Virus record (IMG/VR): IMGVR_UViG_3300037054_000148
Location: 1 to 64,000 of that record
Length of the DNA stretch: 64,000 bases
Strand: one strand, 5' to 3'
The first letter of the stretch is position 1. Each line of letters begins with the position of its first letter. The notes under the pieces were generated by a model that did no database searches, was not told the origin of the DNA, and worked only from the letters and a program-made list of their open reading frames with translations. The translations under genes were made by a program, and so were the position numbers. Of the stretch, positions 27,269 through 38,148 are shown piece by piece.

Positions 27269-27826
27269 CTACAAGGACATGACTATAAAGGGGGGGCAGA
27301 CAGCGGCAGAAAAAGCTGCGGCAGCCTCTAGGCCCATTATGACCCGCTTACGAGGTGCCATACGTTTTGAAATTTTCATGGATGTTTCCAAGCTTCCGAA
27401 CGCAAAATCTGCCCCACATCCAATCGCGCAATATGGAAGAGCCATCTCTCCCACCTGAAGGTCTGCTTCAATCGTGTAGAGTCTGCCATTGTAGCCAATG
27501 ACCGCTGTGGCATCTCCCCAAGTTTCCTCTGAATCTTCAACTTTTGCAAATCCAGAGGCGATCATGGTTTTTCTTAGTGCATCCATGAAATCTGTGACCA
27601 TGTAAGCATAGTCATCCTTATCCTCTGGTTGGTCGGGAGGAGTGAACTTATACTGGAGAACCTGACCGAAACGAAAAGATCCGGCGTAACCCATAATGAA
27701 TCGGTTGTCGAGTTTGAATACCTTCGTATCCTTACGGATAACTCGTAAGAAGTTAGAATCCGTACCGGCAGAGTCGCCGCCGATCCAAATCTTCCCCTTT
27801 GCATTTAATCCGACCACACAAGTCAT
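27269..27826 (-). CDS. HslV/proteasome-beta-like Ntn hydrolase
   Basis: MTCVVG, GGDS, KVF, GYAG, IGCG...A. Confidence 0.82.
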   Translation of the reverse strand: MTCVVGLNAKGKIWIGGDSAGTDSNFLRVIRKDTKVFKLDNRFIMGYAGSFRFGQVLQYKFTPPDQPEDKDDYAYMVTDFMDALRKTMIASGFAKVEDSEETWGDATAVIGYNGRLYTIEADLQVGEMALPYCAIGCGADFAFGSLETSMKISKRMAPRKRVIMGLEAAAAFSAAVCPPFIVMSL

Positions 27827-27841
27827 TCACCCCTCCGCCGC

Positions 27842-28975
27842 CTACCTGTAATAATACTTGCCACCAACGCAAGTCATAAAGTCGGTGAAAAGGATGTGCT
27901 CTGGGACAACTTGCCTCTTCAAAGTGTCAACGTGGACAATGAGGAAACTGTTATGCCATTTTTCCATTGTGGTCGTGTACTCAGCGTTGGTGCGACACAT
28001 GCAACCAGTGGTGGTCCAAATCAGGGGGCCATTGACATTGGCTGACGTTTTCACATCAGGGCGATGAATGTGACCGGAGGTTCCGGAAAGCCCAAAACCT
28101 TCATTGCCAGTATGATTGCAAACAAAGCAGTTGTAGTAAACGATGTAGTTTTTCTTGGCCTGATCCCTGATTTCTCCAGGTTTCCAGGCTGCCAGATCCC
28201 ACTTAGTCACAAGGTTGATCTGATACTCATCCAGACCAAAGAGAGAGGAAAGGGAGGTGCCGCACAGATCCATGAGGACTTTCATGAACGGAGTTTTGTC
28301 AGCTAAGTGTTTCAACAGCCTCTGCTCATGGTTCCCAAGTGTGAAATCAATCTGAGAATTGGGGCAGGCTTCGCGCAAAGGCTGGAAAATACTTTCACGA
28401 ACAAAGTCAAATCGGCCCTTCAGATCTGCGAGTCGAGGATCCTTATCGAACCGACTAAACTCATACATATCAAAGATGTCCCCATTGAGAACGATGATAT
28501 CTGGTTGAACCCGCTTTGCCGTATCAATAAAGACTGAAAGGACAAATGGGTCTACTTCCTTGTCATGAAAGTCACTGGCGATCAGAAGGGTTTTGGTTCT
28601 CCCCTGATCACTCGGCTTTTCGTATTTACCCACCCATGGGGTGATCTCAGTTTCCTGAAAGTCTCGATAGGTATCAAGGCTGGCGTGTTTCGCAATATGC
28701 TTCTCAAGCTGATGCTGGTTGCGAGATAGCTCTAGCCCTGCCTGCCGACGAAATTCCAAGAAAGTTCCGAAGATACAATCCCAAGTTTTCTCAGAGAAAA
28801 CCCCATGAATCCGATAAAAATTTCGGGAAATAAATTTCTCTGGATTCTCTTCCTGAACTCGACGTAGGTCAGCGACTAGCTGGTCCGAAGTTGCAGTTGG
28901 GTCGTATTTCTTTGCGGATTCGGAGAGAATCGCTTGGGCTCTCTGAGTCTTACGAGGTTCTTTTGTGACTGCCAT
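27842..28975 (-). CDS. metallophosphoesterase with N-terminal extension
   Basis: SDFH, NGDIFD, GNHE, SGHIH. Confidence 0.85.
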   Translation of the reverse strand: MAVTKEPRKTQRAQAILSESAKKYDPTATSDQLVADLRRVQEENPEKFISRNFYRIHGVFSEKTWDCIFGTFLEFRRQAGLELSRNQHQLEKHIAKHASLDTYRDFQETEITPWVGKYEKPSDQGRTKTLLIASDFHDKEVDPFVLSVFIDTAKRVQPDIIVLNGDIFDMYEFSRFDKDPRLADLKGRFDFVRESIFQPLREACPNSQIDFTLGNHEQRLLKHLADKTPFMKVLMDLCGTSLSSLFGLDEYQINLVTKWDLAAWKPGEIRDQAKKNYIVYYNCFVCNHTGNEGFGLSGTSGHIHRPDVKTSANVNGPLIWTTTGCMCRTNAEYTTTMEKWHNSFLIVHVDTLKRQVVPEHILFTDFMTCVGGKYYYR

Positions 28976-29077
28976 TGATTCTCCTAGGAGGATTCAGTAT
29001 AGAGTGGGATAGTTGTTAGAACGCGCCACTATATACTGATACTCAATTTTTCATAACGCCGTGCAATCTTCTTGTAA

Positions 29078-29353
29078 CTACGGCTCTACCAAACCCGCAT
29101 CACCATTGGAGGCGCGGGGTTCAATGAGTATTTGAGCCTGCCCCATTGCTCCCGCAGGGTGGCGCGGATCTACCAAGGAGAGTGGGAATTGCACAATAAG
29201 AAGCATGGGCACCACTGGGTCAAACTTCTTTGCAGCTTCTGCTAAAGTGTTAGTTTTGATCCCAGTGATAACCCATTCTTGCTCTTCTTCAGACAGATCC
29301 TTCCACTGCAATGGTGTTTCTAACACTATCGGGTGGGGGGTGGGGTAGTTCAA
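29078..29353 (-). CDS. hypothetical protein
   Basis: 91 aa, overlaps upstream stop. Confidence 0.55.
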   Translation of the reverse strand: MNYPTPHPIVLETPLQWKDLSEEEQEWVITGIKTNTLAEAAKKFDPVVPMLLIVQFPLSLVDPRHPAGAMGQAQILIEPRASNGDAGLVEP

Positions 29354-30576
29354 GAGAGGGCGTCCCTAACAGCACTACTGGTGCGATTAGTCAGGGTCTT
29401 CTCTCGAATTTCCAAAACCGTATAGGAATCCACCATCATATCGGTATCTTCCAGAATCGGTTTGATCAATTCCTGAGTCTTAAGATCATTCATCGTCTCT
29501 GCCTCAACGAACATGAGGAAGAGTTCTAGACGATAAGGGTTCCCCTGAATGGCCAGAACCTGCTGCTCCTCTGGAGATAGCTCTCGTTCGATCTCTTCAT
29601 CTGTTGTGTTGATTGGCTTCAACTCTCCAGCCTTGAGCTTAGCTACAATCTCCTTGCTGGATTTTGAGTTAGCCTTACATTGATTCAACATGCGTTTGGT
29701 CGTATCCGTAGTGGTTTGACGCACTTGATTCGCGTAATTGATGACCTTCATCGGGACTTCATACAGCTTGTCATAGGGGGTCTGGTAGACTAGCTTAAGG
29801 GTTTCATCAATCTCCTGATCGGTGAATTCGTATTTATCCTTCAGGAAGTCCAAGAGGCCGTGACGCTGAAGCAGTTTAGCGGCTGAGACACGAAGAGAGG
29901 CTCTAAGTGTGAGCGCACGTTCTAGGTAGTCTACCTCTGCCCAAACAACTGGTTCCTCAGAGACATGAAGAAAGTCAACCTGCTCAGCCTGCTCTCCAGA
30001 AGAGAGCTTGATCCAGTCCTGAAGGAAGGGAACCTCACTATAGTCCTCAATCAACCCTAGAAGATCTCCTCGGAACAACAACCAAAGTCTATTGGCTCGT
30101 GTGTTAGGGGCTCCACCCTTATTGTCGAAGTAATTGGGGCACTCCTGCTTGATGTATTTCCACAAAATATCGTCTGACATTCCGTAGAACTCTCTGGGGT
30201 CTAGACCATCTTTCTTGATAGTTTCATGGAAATGCCGACCCTCACCCAGAATCTCCGCATAGGACTCTAACTCTACCATTGAGTGGCTTAGAAGACCGTC
30301 CCCATCCACATATTGTTTACCCAGACGAGCATCTCCCCCAAAGACCGCAGGACGATTCACAACAAATTTACTCTCCAAATTCTCAAATCTGGCGTCATGA
30401 ACCATATTCCAAGTGGGTCCGAGAGACTCGACTAGACCCTTTTCCCCCCACAAAACGCTGGACAGGACTTGGCAATACTCATACTCGGACTCTGTTACCT
30501 CATCTGTATTGATAACGTACACCCGCTTCTCGGTATCTCTGAGACCCAACAAATTCCTGATTTCAATCGAACTCAT
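29350..30576 (-). CDS. hypothetical protein
   Basis: 408 aa ORF with ATGA overlaps. Confidence 0.75.
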   Translation of the reverse strand: MSSIEIRNLLGLRDTEKRVYVINTDEVTESEYEYCQVLSSVLWGEKGLVESLGPTWNMVHDARFENLESKFVVNRPAVFGGDARLGKQYVDGDGLLSHSMVELESYAEILGEGRHFHETIKKDGLDPREFYGMSDDILWKYIKQECPNYFDNKGGAPNTRANRLWLLFRGDLLGLIEDYSEVPFLQDWIKLSSGEQAEQVDFLHVSEEPVVWAEVDYLERALTLRASLRVSAAKLLQRHGLLDFLKDKYEFTDQEIDETLKLVYQTPYDKLYEVPMKVINYANQVRQTTTDTTKRMLNQCKANSKSSKEIVAKLKAGELKPINTTDEEIERELSPEEQQVLAIQGNPYRLELFLMFVEAETMNDLKTQELIKPILEDTDMMVDSYTVLEIREKTLTNRTSSAVRDALS

Positions 30577-30851
30577 GCCTTCACCTCATCAGGAACCCAA
30601 GATAGCTCAAGGGGAATCAAAACAGCGTTTAATTCTTCAACGGAATCGTAGGAAAACGCTAAGCTGTTCGCCCTATCTTTATTGGAGAAACTCACGAGTA
30701 AGTTATAGCGAAGTCCAATTATGGATGCAGTCCCATCCGGATTGAAATACTGTTCGGTAGTGACAGAAAATCCAGAAATATCTCGAACATCAATCACTAC
30801 GTTGGGTTGGGGGTGCCACCAAGCAATATTTTTGTTTTCAGATTTTAGCAT
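30573..30851 (-). CDS. hypothetical protein
   Basis: 92 aa in operon. Confidence 0.6.
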   Translation of the reverse strand: MLKSENKNIAWWHPQPNVVIDVRDISGFSVTTEQYFNPDGTASIIGLRYNLLVSFSNKDRANSLAFSYDSVEELNAVLIPLELSWVPDEVKA

Positions 30852-31026
30852 TCTTAATTCATCCTTTTGCAGGTAAGTTGCTCCATCAGGAGGGCCTCCT
30901 GAGCTAACTGAGCATCGAGTTCTTTATCATCCTGGGCAAGGATTTCACGGCGTCGAGTGATTTCTTCGTTGTCTGGCCCCTGGATTTCTTGGAGGGCTCT
31001 TCGGGTTGGGGAAGTGTCTGGATATG

Positions 31027-31728
31027 TCATTTGTTACTCCATTCGGTTGACACCAAAAAGGCAGCTTGTTGATCACTTAAAGATTGGTACCGCCATTGGG
31101 CCAATATACTAAGCGTATCAGCTATTCTTTTATTACTCAGATTCAACCCACTCAGATACTTTATCTTCCCCGATGAGAGTCCTAAAGTTTTGATTTCTGA
31201 TTTGTTATCTAGTTTTACATAAACATATGAGCGCAAATCATGGTATAAACGAGAGAGGCGGGGTGCCACATCTGTAGTCCCAAACCACCCAAAGGGGGCC
31301 TCCCATGGCTGTTTATCCCATACACCGAGAGTTTTGTTAGTGGTGGCGGATTTAACTCTCCAATACAGGACATTGAAATCTCTGACTGATTCCACATCAT
31401 ACATAAAACTTTTTATGATAGGTTTTTGCTCTGATTCTTTGAGGTCAGGAGTCAGGGAGCCCACAATGTATGTAAGCAGAGCCTCATTCCTAGTCATCGG
31501 AGGGTTCCGCCAGAACGTGCAACTGGCTTGCTCGGCCAACGGCACCTGAGATTCCTGGTCTACCACAGAAAAAACCTGGGGATCCTCAAGATCAAAGGGT
31601 CTGATTTTGATCTTGTAGGATCGCTCCAGGGCTTTAATGACCGCTCTATCGGAGCCCAGCAGCACATTCCTGGTTTTAGGCTTGCGCTTCCCCAGCAAAA
31701 TAGCTACAGCCCACGGAGCTTCACTCAT
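31027..31728 (-). CDS. hypothetical protein
   Basis: 233 aa in operon. Confidence 0.7.
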   Translation of the reverse strand: MSEAPWAVAILLGKRKPKTRNVLLGSDRAVIKALERSYKIKIRPFDLEDPQVFSVVDQESQVPLAEQASCTFWRNPPMTRNEALLTYIVGSLTPDLKESEQKPIIKSFMYDVESVRDFNVLYWRVKSATTNKTLGVWDKQPWEAPFGWFGTTDVAPRLSRLYHDLRSYVYVKLDNKSEIKTLGLSSGKIKYLSGLNLSNKRIADTLSILAQWRYQSLSDQQAAFLVSTEWSNK

Positions 31729-31967
31729 TCAGCCGGAACTTCTTCTTCTGCCATGACTGGCATGATGGGCATTTCAGTGGTGAGGGTGTTGACGAGTGCA
31801 GAGGCTTCCCCAACTGCCACCTTAGTCTGCTGTAGCTGCCGCTGGAGCTTGTCCTGGAGTTCCGCCAGGGCTGCCATCTTCCGGCTCATTTCGAGGGCTT
31901 CACGGGCCATCCGAGTTCGTTCCTTATGCGTTCCATTGCCAGTGTGGTTATGCTTTGATTTGGCCAT
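31725..31967 (-). CDS. small coiled-coil protein
   Basis: AAGGAG RBS, heptad pattern. Confidence 0.65.
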   Translation of the reverse strand: MAKSKHNHTGNGTHKERTRMAREALEMSRKMAALAELQDKLQRQLQQTKVAVGEASALVNTLTTEMPIMPVMAEEEVPAE

Positions 31968-31987
31968 TGCTATCTCCTTAGATGGTA

Positions 31988-32914
31988 TTACTCGGAAAAG
32001 TCTAGCTGAGCGGTCCAGGGATGAATCGGCACCGGCCTATTTCCCTTAAGTTCGTCCAGCGTCTGTCTGAATTCGTAGTTCTCTGAAACTTTGTAAAGAA
32101 ACTCCTTGGTCTTGTTTACCAAAACAGCTTCAGCCGTGCTACCTGGAGAGTAATCGGCTACGGCGATGGTGCTGAGTCGTCCACCCTGTCGGATTTGCTC
32201 AATTTGTTCAAATTGTTTTGGCTCAGAGGGGTTAAATACCCCAAGCGTAAATCCTCCAGAGTCCTTGATTAGGTTGAAGCACGGAACGTCTGATTGCCCG
32301 TCACCAACGTAGCACATTCGCTCCAACGGCACTCTTCGTCCGTTCTCTTTCGGGAGACTGACAGTGAAATCAAACCCGTAGAAATCACAACCCTTGCTGA
32401 TTTCATAGATGGCCCTGAGTTTATCGGATGGGCTGACAACAGAGGCGACCGCATGAATCAATCCGTTTCGTTCACGGAAATCTCCTCCATATATTTTCTC
32501 GATCTTAAAATCGGGGTTCTTGGTGCAGAGGCGAATCCTGTCCTGAAGTCCCCCTAGCAGGGCTCGAATACCAGAAGAGACGATATAGACCTCCGCTCCC
32601 ATGCAGAACAATGTGTTCAGAAGGGTCTCTACTCCAGGGTAGAGATGGATATAATCTCCCAAATCTTTCATTCTTCTGTTGTTCAGACCGGGCATCCGGC
32701 CATCCTCAACATATTGAAGAAACATGTTCATGTAGCTCAACTCTGGGTGGTTGGAGCCAATATCTCGAAGATTTTCTTCGGACCATTGCTGGCAATCTGC
32801 CCAGAACCTATTCTCATCGATATCGTATCGCTCAAACACTACCCTCTGCATATAGTCGGGGGACAGGGTTTTGTCAAAATCGAAGATAACGGCCACCTTC
32901 TTGGTCCGGAACAC
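31988..32914 (-). CDS. HAD-family hydrolase
   Basis: DFDKT, VSSG, YVGDGQSD. Confidence 0.88.
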   Translation of the reverse strand: MFRTKKVAVIFDFDKTLSPDYMQRVVFERYDIDENRFWADCQQWSEENLRDIGSNHPELSYMNMFLQYVEDGRMPGLNNRRMKDLGDYIHLYPGVETLLNTLFCMGAEVYIVSSGIRALLGGLQDRIRLCTKNPDFKIEKIYGGDFRERNGLIHAVASVVSPSDKLRAIYEISKGCDFYGFDFTVSLPKENGRRVPLERMCYVGDGQSDVPCFNLIKDSGGFTLGVFNPSEPKQFEQIEQIRQGGRLSTIAVADYSPGSTAEAVLVNKTKEFLYKVSENYEFRQTLDELKGNRPVPIHPWTAQLDFSE

Positions 32915-32933
32915 AGAACCTCCATATTATGTA

Positions 32934-33689
32934 TTACTGAGGGATTCCAGGTTCAGACTCAAGTTTGTTTTTTGATAGGCGCGGGTAAAGTTCGGCTACC
33001 TCAGAAATGTAGATCTCCACATCCCGTAGGTGCTGGTAGACTCGGTTCCCCATGGGGGTAAGTCGTGCGGCTATTTGCTGCCCTGGCTCTAATTTAGTGG
33101 AATCCGGAAGCTCCAAGACCCCATAGGTGAGGAACGATTGAGCCATAAGCTGGAGAAGACTGGCAACCCGATCATACATCATTTTGTCTCGCTGCTTCCC
33201 AAGGATTTCAATTCCGTTCTGATCCCTGATGGTAAACTTCATGGCTGGGAGGATCCGATCTATCATTGGCATTTCGTTTGGAGGCTCGTCACTGAAGGCT
33301 TCCTTACTCTGCTCCTCCAGAACTCGCATCATAACGGATCGCATTATTTTGGAGAACTCAGGGAAAATTTCAGACCAACTCTTCATGAAAACCGTTCCCA
33401 CAACCGCACTGACCCCGAAGCTCCCGCCATAGACAAATCCCCCATCCCAAGATGGGTGCTGATAGAATTCAGACAGGGTGGGGTGTTCGGCGTATTTGGA
33501 TAAGAGGGCTGTGATCTTATGAGAAAGGTCTAGATTACTCATTTCTGACAAGGTGTTATCTGGTTTGTAGATGAACGCCACACTCCCCACTTCATGGTTT
33601 AGCTCACGCATAGCCTTGGTGCTAACGGCTTTTTGCTTCGCCATTAGCTTCATCATATCATCTAGGGTTTGAACTTGAAGGAGTGCCAT
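32934..33689 (-). CDS. hypothetical protein
   Basis: 251 aa ORF. Confidence 0.7.
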   Translation of the reverse strand: MALLQVQTLDDMMKLMAKQKAVSTKAMRELNHEVGSVAFIYKPDNTLSEMSNLDLSHKITALLSKYAEHPTLSEFYQHPSWDGGFVYGGSFGVSAVVGTVFMKSWSEIFPEFSKIMRSVMMRVLEEQSKEAFSDEPPNEMPMIDRILPAMKFTIRDQNGIEILGKQRDKMMYDRVASLLQLMAQSFLTYGVLELPDSTKLEPGQQIAARLTPMGNRVYQHLRDVEIYISEVAELYPRLSKNKLESEPGIPQ

Positions 33690-33691
33690 CG

Positions 33692-33964
33692 TTACCTCAA
33701 CAGGTGTGCCTGCATATGGAGCAGTAGTGGTCGGACATCACCAAACACGCAGGGGGCGGCGGGGGGCATCATGAGGTAAAACCAGTGCTTTCCATATATA
33801 TCTAATACCCAATCTTTCCCTTCAGTGACTGCTGTGCATCGAACACATTGACGAAACTGGTCGTTGGTTCTCAGGGATAACTTGGGGGGTGCGTCAAATA
33901 TCAGGCCCTCTTCCAAGAGTTGCATTACATATAGAATATCCTGTTCTCGGACCTTTCTTTGCAT
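33692..33964 (-). CDS. hypothetical protein
   Basis: 90 aa, GAGG RBS. Confidence 0.55.
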   Translation of the reverse strand: MQRKVREQDILYVMQLLEEGLIFDAPPKLSLRTNDQFRQCVRCTAVTEGKDWVLDIYGKHWFYLMMPPAAPCVFGDVRPLLLHMQAHLLR

Positions 33965-33973
33965 ATTATCCTC

Positions 33974-35476
33974 TTAGTCGAGCGGAACTGCGTTCTCCTC
34001 TGTGCGGAGTTGCTGTTCTTTTATTGTGGCCAATTCATCGTGGGTGGCTGAGCTACCTCCGGAGTTGGTTAAATTACCAACTCGGCCCACCAGCACATTA
34101 ATGCCCACATTTGTAAGGGGAAGAGGGGAAGAACGACGAGTTTTAACGGAGGAAATTGCCATCAGGCTCCCCGGAGGGCCATTAAATGTCTCATCAAAGA
34201 AGGTAGTGAAAATGGTGTCGAATGATTTATCGAACTCAGAATACTGGTTGATGCCAGTAATATCCCAAACCCCTCCGGTGGCCTTTGCCTCCTCGTATCC
34301 CTTACGATTCCCCTGAATGGGGGTGAGGAACACAATACTTCGGCCATTATCAAACTGAAGGGCAGTCTGTTTCGCATCTTTGATCGTAGCCTCCATCTCC
34401 GCTTTAGAGTCATGGCTCGAAACAGTAGCCGTAATGGTCAAATAATCCACAAAAAGCATGTCCAGAGGTGTGGTTTGATTGGTCATCTCGGCCATCATCT
34501 TGATGTTGCTCCAAGAGCTTCCATCAGTGGGCTGACGAATGATGAGGCGTCCTGGGAGATTTTGCTCCAGATCTGGAAGGACGACTTCTCGTAGGAATTT
34601 TTCCTCTTCTGCGCTCAGGGTGCCGTCATCAAACTTCTTTTTAGTGGGGTAAATGTCGTATTGGAGGAACTTTCTATCGGCGGAATGGATCAGCGCATAG
34701 ATAATACGCTCTTCGTCGTACGTCTGTTCCAATGTCACATGAAGGACATTGAATCCTTGTTGAGCCGCATTGTAAGCAAAGGCGCGGCATAGGGTGGATT
34801 TACGCTGACCCGCGTACCCAAGGACTCCCACGCAGTCCCCCCGCTTAACGGGAATATGAACATCAATAGCCGAGATGCCAGTCATGATTCTGATGCGTCC
34901 TGCCATTCGTTCCGCCTTATTCTTTTCATAGATTGTCATAATCTCCCCGGCCATATCATTTAGCGCACCACTGAGGGATCTACTGTTGGTAGTAATAACC
35001 CCAGTTTCAATCTGCTCTAAAAGATACTTTACTGCATCGGAGGCCCCAGAATGCACTTTCTTTGAGGTCGGGTCTGTCCAAGAGCTATTATTGATGGCCC
35101 TGACTATCTTAAGTACCCCAGCCAGTCTTTCTCGCTTCCACTCTTCCTGAAAGTCGGTTAAAAGCTGGCCCAGATCACTAAGCTCATAGATCTGGAGATC
35201 CTCTTCGGCCTCATATTCAGCAATTACATCCACAACCCCTAGAACGGTGGAGTTACGCTCCAGGGTTTCACGAAGAATCTTGTAGGAGGGGGCTGTTTTT
35301 TGTTCATACCAAAACTCAGCAATCACAGAAATGATTTCAATTTGTTGTGCCGAACAAACCTTCCTCAACCTTAAGCCGTTGTCTGCCAACCATTCGCAGG
35401 CACATGTCGCCCTCTTAATCTCGTCCGGACTATCATCATGCCGAATGAGATTGTTAAAAATACGCCAAAAACTCAT
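33974..35476 (-). CDS. DnaB-like replicative helicase
   Basis: TGISAID, variant Walker A GYAGQRKS, TLE, FVDYL, Q.NR, KTR. Confidence 0.8.
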   Translation of the reverse strand: MSFWRIFNNLIRHDDSPDEIKRATCACEWLADNGLRLRKVCSAQQIEIISVIAEFWYEQKTAPSYKILRETLERNSTVLGVVDVIAEYEAEEDLQIYELSDLGQLLTDFQEEWKRERLAGVLKIVRAINNSSWTDPTSKKVHSGASDAVKYLLEQIETGVITTNSRSLSGALNDMAGEIMTIYEKNKAERMAGRIRIMTGISAIDVHIPVKRGDCVGVLGYAGQRKSTLCRAFAYNAAQQGFNVLHVTLEQTYDEERIIYALIHSADRKFLQYDIYPTKKKFDDGTLSAEEEKFLREVVLPDLEQNLPGRLIIRQPTDGSSWSNIKMMAEMTNQTTPLDMLFVDYLTITATVSSHDSKAEMEATIKDAKQTALQFDNGRSIVFLTPIQGNRKGYEEAKATGGVWDITGINQYSEFDKSFDTIFTTFFDETFNGPPGSLMAISSVKTRRSSPLPLTNVGINVLVGRVGNLTNSGGSSATHDELATIKEQQLRTEENAVPLD

Positions 35477-35508
35477 AAATTACCTCTCGCTCCCCTCTCT
35501 CTATTACT

Positions 35509-38148
35509 CTACTTGATCTCGATTGAGTCAAGCCACCAGTCGGGAAGTATTGACTGTGCTTGTGACATAAAACGAGCGAAATCTCCATCAATTATATAAG
35601 AGATGGCGTGATCATCACTTGAGCGAACTGAACGTCCAAGAGCCTGAACTAAGGTCAAGGCCGTCTGGAGTTGGTACCAATCTGGGTCCAACTCCATTCT
35701 AGTTTTGACATATGGATCCGCCAGACTCGCATATGGAACCTTGGCCACAATCTGGAACCGACTCAGATCGTCACGAAGGTCTAGACCCTCTGTCATAGAA
35801 GGGCTGAGCAACACTGTTGGCTCGTCACGAGTCATATGCGCTTCAATCGCCCCATTCTTAGAGCGTGAGTTTGAATCGTGACTGAGTAGACGCCATGCGT
35901 GTGGGGAGCTTCTGAAATAATCCATGATATGCTTCATCGTCTTAAATGATTGGCAATGAATGATCCCCTTTTCTCCTTCATGCTTTGTCAAAATGCGATC
36001 AATTTTTTTCAACAACTTAGGAAGAGTAGTGTCATAATTTTTATAAGACATGGACCCCGCAGGAGTAAAAATAATGCGGCGGTTTTCCTTTGGGAACTCG
36101 GATGGGAGGCCCAGGTAGCCACACTCTTTGGGCTGAATACCTAGGTTTCGGACGAAGGTGCGAGGGTCCAAAATGGTCGCGGATAGGAAAACAATATGAT
36201 CCGCCTTGCTGAACAAGAGTTCTTCTGAAAAAAGATCCCCTTGAAGAGGTTTGATCTCCAGTTTTTCCGCTTGACCGATGAACCACATGTTTGAAGAGGA
36301 GGCGGCGAACATCTCTAACTTTCGCTCAAATTGGTCCAGTGAGGCTTCTTGTTTAAGAAGATCCATCACTTCTCGTTCATTATTAATCTGTGCCCTGGCT
36401 TTAGATAGAGCTAGGTTAATACCAGTTCTGGCCACTGAACAGGCGGGGAAGACCGTATCAGTCAGCCACTTCTTCGCTCTGCCAAGCTCCTTTGGACCCA
36501 GAGGGGGTTTGGGGAAGTCAATCCCAAGTTCCTTCAGACGACCGAAGGTCACTTCAATATTAGAGTGATTGATCAGAGCGGCCTCAGTGTTATGCGCCTC
36601 ATCAACAATAAGCAGCTTTCTATGGGGAAATAGCCCTTTCTGGTAGGTCATGACAGTGAGGAAGTAGGAAAAATTCGTGAGGCCGAAAGGGGTGTTGAGG
36701 AAAATTTCCTTTGCCTCCTTATATGGGCAGATACATTTGCAAGGCCCTTCTCCCAGAGCCTTAGCGATCTTTGCCCCCTCATCGCAGCTAACCGGATAGT
36801 TTCCACAGCGATAGTTACTCCCGCCTTTGATTTCTACCAAGTCAGAAAACTCATCTAAATACTGCTTTTGCAGCATCTTTTGGATAGTGAGGAGATAAGC
36901 TCCACCCCCCTGTGCCCAACGACCCAGATCGACCGCCACTCCGGAATTGTGGGTTACTGTAAAATCACCTAAAAGGAATAAACCATCCCCATCAAGCGTG
37001 AACCCATAGTAGTTCCCTAAGCCAATAGGCTCCACCGAGATACCGGTACGCAACACGTCCTTTTTCTGTTTACGGGAGGATTGCTTTTTACGCAGCAATT
37101 TTACTGGTATCTCTTCTGTGTCTCCAGATATCACCCCGCGATAATAGGTTCCTACAACTCCCGTTTGGCAACCCTTACGGCACTCTTTAACATAACAGGC
37201 ATAACCTAAAGATCTAGCTAGAAAAGCCACATCGTGGGCAAGAGTTGGGGAAATAGAAATAAAATCGTAACCTCCTTTAAATTTACTCCCATCTGCATCC
37301 AGATACCCAGCCAGCAAACTTAAACGAGTTTCCCTAGAATTAGCTTTATATATGTGAGGGATATGTTTACCCTTGTCTAACCCAATAGAGCGCATGGAAT
37401 TCAAAAGAGGATTAGGTGTATGTGGACCTTTACTCTGAGTAGATATATTGTAAGAAGTGGCCTTGGAGCCATTGCAATACTCAGTTACTTTTAAATTTAA
37501 ACTAGATGCTAGGTCGTGTAAGTAGCTTGATATCTCAGGATCCATTGTTGTCACCGCTGTCAATGTGGATGTAGTTCCATCACCTAACCAAAGACCTACG
37601 TAGTAAGGATCCACAGGAACCTGGATATGGCGGAAATCAATGGGAACTCTGTAACCTTTAGCACAGTGGCGAAAGTATTTTGAGGTATTAAGGTAGTTTT
37701 CAACTGAAATATTGACCACCTCTCCATCATACTCGGAGTTTAATCTACTTCCCCCTAAATTCCTTTTTATGCGACTTCTAGTCATTACCAATGAAAGCGT
37801 ATGATTGCTATTAGTGATGTAGGGATCTCCTTTAACGGGAGTTACCCTAAATAACTGATCAGTGCCTGAAGTAGTGGTTATTACCTTTCTTGGATTAGAA
37901 TCAGGACCCATAAGCATATCCCCTGCTTGCACAAACTCAACCTGCTTTATGTGACCATCACACATCATTACAGGTGTACCTGCCCCCAGGCACTTTCCAA
38001 TCCCAGTTGGAAGCTCAAGGATCGTATACTTTCTCCCCTTATTCGTCGTATCAACAAATTTTTGCAGGGCCTGTCTCTGACTAGGGCGCATTTCAGCGAA
38101 GGGGAAGAACCCCTCTAACTCTTCGAATTCCATGTATCTCCTATTCAC
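35509..38148 (-). CDS. DinG/Rad3-like SF2 helicase with intein
   Basis: PTGIGK|S, Fe-S cysteines, DEAH, SAT, EGLDL, QALGRSVRS. Confidence 0.9.
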   Translation of the reverse strand: MNRRYMEFEELEGFFPFAEMRPSQRQALQKFVDTTNKGRKYTILELPTGIGKCLGAGTPVMMCDGHIKQVEFVQAGDMLMGPDSNPRKVITTTSGTDQLFRVTPVKGDPYITNSNHTLSLVMTRSRIKRNLGGSRLNSEYDGEVVNISVENYLNTSKYFRHCAKGYRVPIDFRHIQVPVDPYYVGLWLGDGTTSTLTAVTTMDPEISSYLHDLASSLNLKVTEYCNGSKATSYNISTQSKGPHTPNPLLNSMRSIGLDKGKHIPHIYKANSRETRLSLLAGYLDADGSKFKGGYDFISISPTLAHDVAFLARSLGYACYVKECRKGCQTGVVGTYYRGVISGDTEEIPVKLLRKKQSSRKQKKDVLRTGISVEPIGLGNYYGFTLDGDGLFLLGDFTVTHNSGVAVDLGRWAQGGGAYLLTIQKMLQKQYLDEFSDLVEIKGGSNYRCGNYPVSCDEGAKIAKALGEGPCKCICPYKEAKEIFLNTPFGLTNFSYFLTVMTYQKGLFPHRKLLIVDEAHNTEAALINHSNIEVTFGRLKELGIDFPKPPLGPKELGRAKKWLTDTVFPACSVARTGINLALSKARAQINNEREVMDLLKQEASLDQFERKLEMFAASSSNMWFIGQAEKLEIKPLQGDLFSEELLFSKADHIVFLSATILDPRTFVRNLGIQPKECGYLGLPSEFPKENRRIIFTPAGSMSYKNYDTTLPKLLKKIDRILTKHEGEKGIIHCQSFKTMKHIMDYFRSSPHAWRLLSHDSNSRSKNGAIEAHMTRDEPTVLLSPSMTEGLDLRDDLSRFQIVAKVPYASLADPYVKTRMELDPDWYQLQTALTLVQALGRSVRSSDDHAISYIIDGDFARFMSQAQSILPDWWLDSIEIK
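36946..37992 (-). mobile_element. intein with LAGLIDADG endonuclease (349 aa) in helicase Walker A
   Basis: CLGAGTPV...GLWLGDG...LAGYLDADG...VTHN|S. Confidence 0.92.
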